In this document: piece after piece, positions 63,500 to 64,000 of the stretch | How positions within the stretch are numbered: position 1 is the first letter of the stretch | How the letters are laid out: each line of letters opens with the position of its first letter | DNA from: Octopus vulgaris | Lineage: Eukaryota | Assembly: GCA_951406725.2 (NCBI GenBank) | Contig: OX597827.1 | Span: 37,014,001 to 37,078,000 of the forward strand | Length of the DNA stretch: 64,000 nucleotides | Reading direction: 5' to 3' | Notes under the pieces: model-generated | The model's input: only the letters and a program-made list of their open reading frames with translations | Databases searched by the model: none | What the model was told of the DNA's origin: nothing | Translations under genes and position numbers: made by a program

Positions 63500-64000
63500 G
63501 AATAATGTGTTTTTTTCAATTGCATAAACTAAAAGTCAGAGGGGGACGGGATAAGCCACCTGCATCAACTTGCTATAAAAGCAGGTAGAAATTTTACATT
63601 GTGCTTATTCTTAGAGCAAGTTTTGAAGAGTGCAGTTCAATTTTAACAGTTATCTTTCCAAAGGAAGTGACAAAGAAGCATATTTGGCATATTTTGCTTT
63701 ATGCAAAATGTAATGGAAAGTGCAAGGAATAGTATTGCAGTATATGGGGATCGGACAATAAATGTAAGCCAGTGTCAACAGTGGTTCCAGAAATTCTGAG
63801 CCAGAATCTACAGCCTAGAAGAAAAGCCTCATCCTGGAAGATCTCATCCTGCAAACCCTGGTGGAACAAAATCCCATTGTAATTGTTGAATAACTAGCAG
63901 AGAAGCTTGGATTTGAACATTCAACTATTCATCGACACCTGTGTGCCATCAGAAAAGTTAGCAAATTGGGTCAATGGGTTCCTCACAAACTTTCCGAGCC
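63500..64000 (+). mobile_element. Mariner transposon 5' part, running off the window
   Basis: AVYGDRTI..QCQQWFQKF..EEKPHPGR..STIHRHL..KVSKLGQWVPHKLSE (WVPHEL motif). Confidence 0.85.

Overview
AT-rich, microsatellite-dense eukaryotic DNA, most likely intronic or intergenic. The SINE families and repeat mix suggest an Octopus/coleoid cephalopod genome (inference). Most of the window is layered mobile-element debris: Tc1/mariner elements, non-autonomous Helitrons, RTE LINEs, five R4/Dong-type RLE retrotransposon pieces (most beside (TAA)n), Penelope-like fragments with hammerhead-ribozyme motifs, tRNA-derived SINEs, a piggyBac-type MITE and long foldback palindromes. No complete host gene was found. 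The best host signal is a pair of + strand exons joined by a 101-nt GT-AG intron at 46115-46408. Most ORF-track entries come from microsatellites or TE remnants. Main leads: a TAA-targeting Dong system with a possible non-coding passenger element, Penelope-type hammerheads, and a 46-bp array of GUAA-tetraloop hairpins in an RTE 3' UTR. All alignments and folds were done by eye; element boundaries without terminal signatures are approximate.
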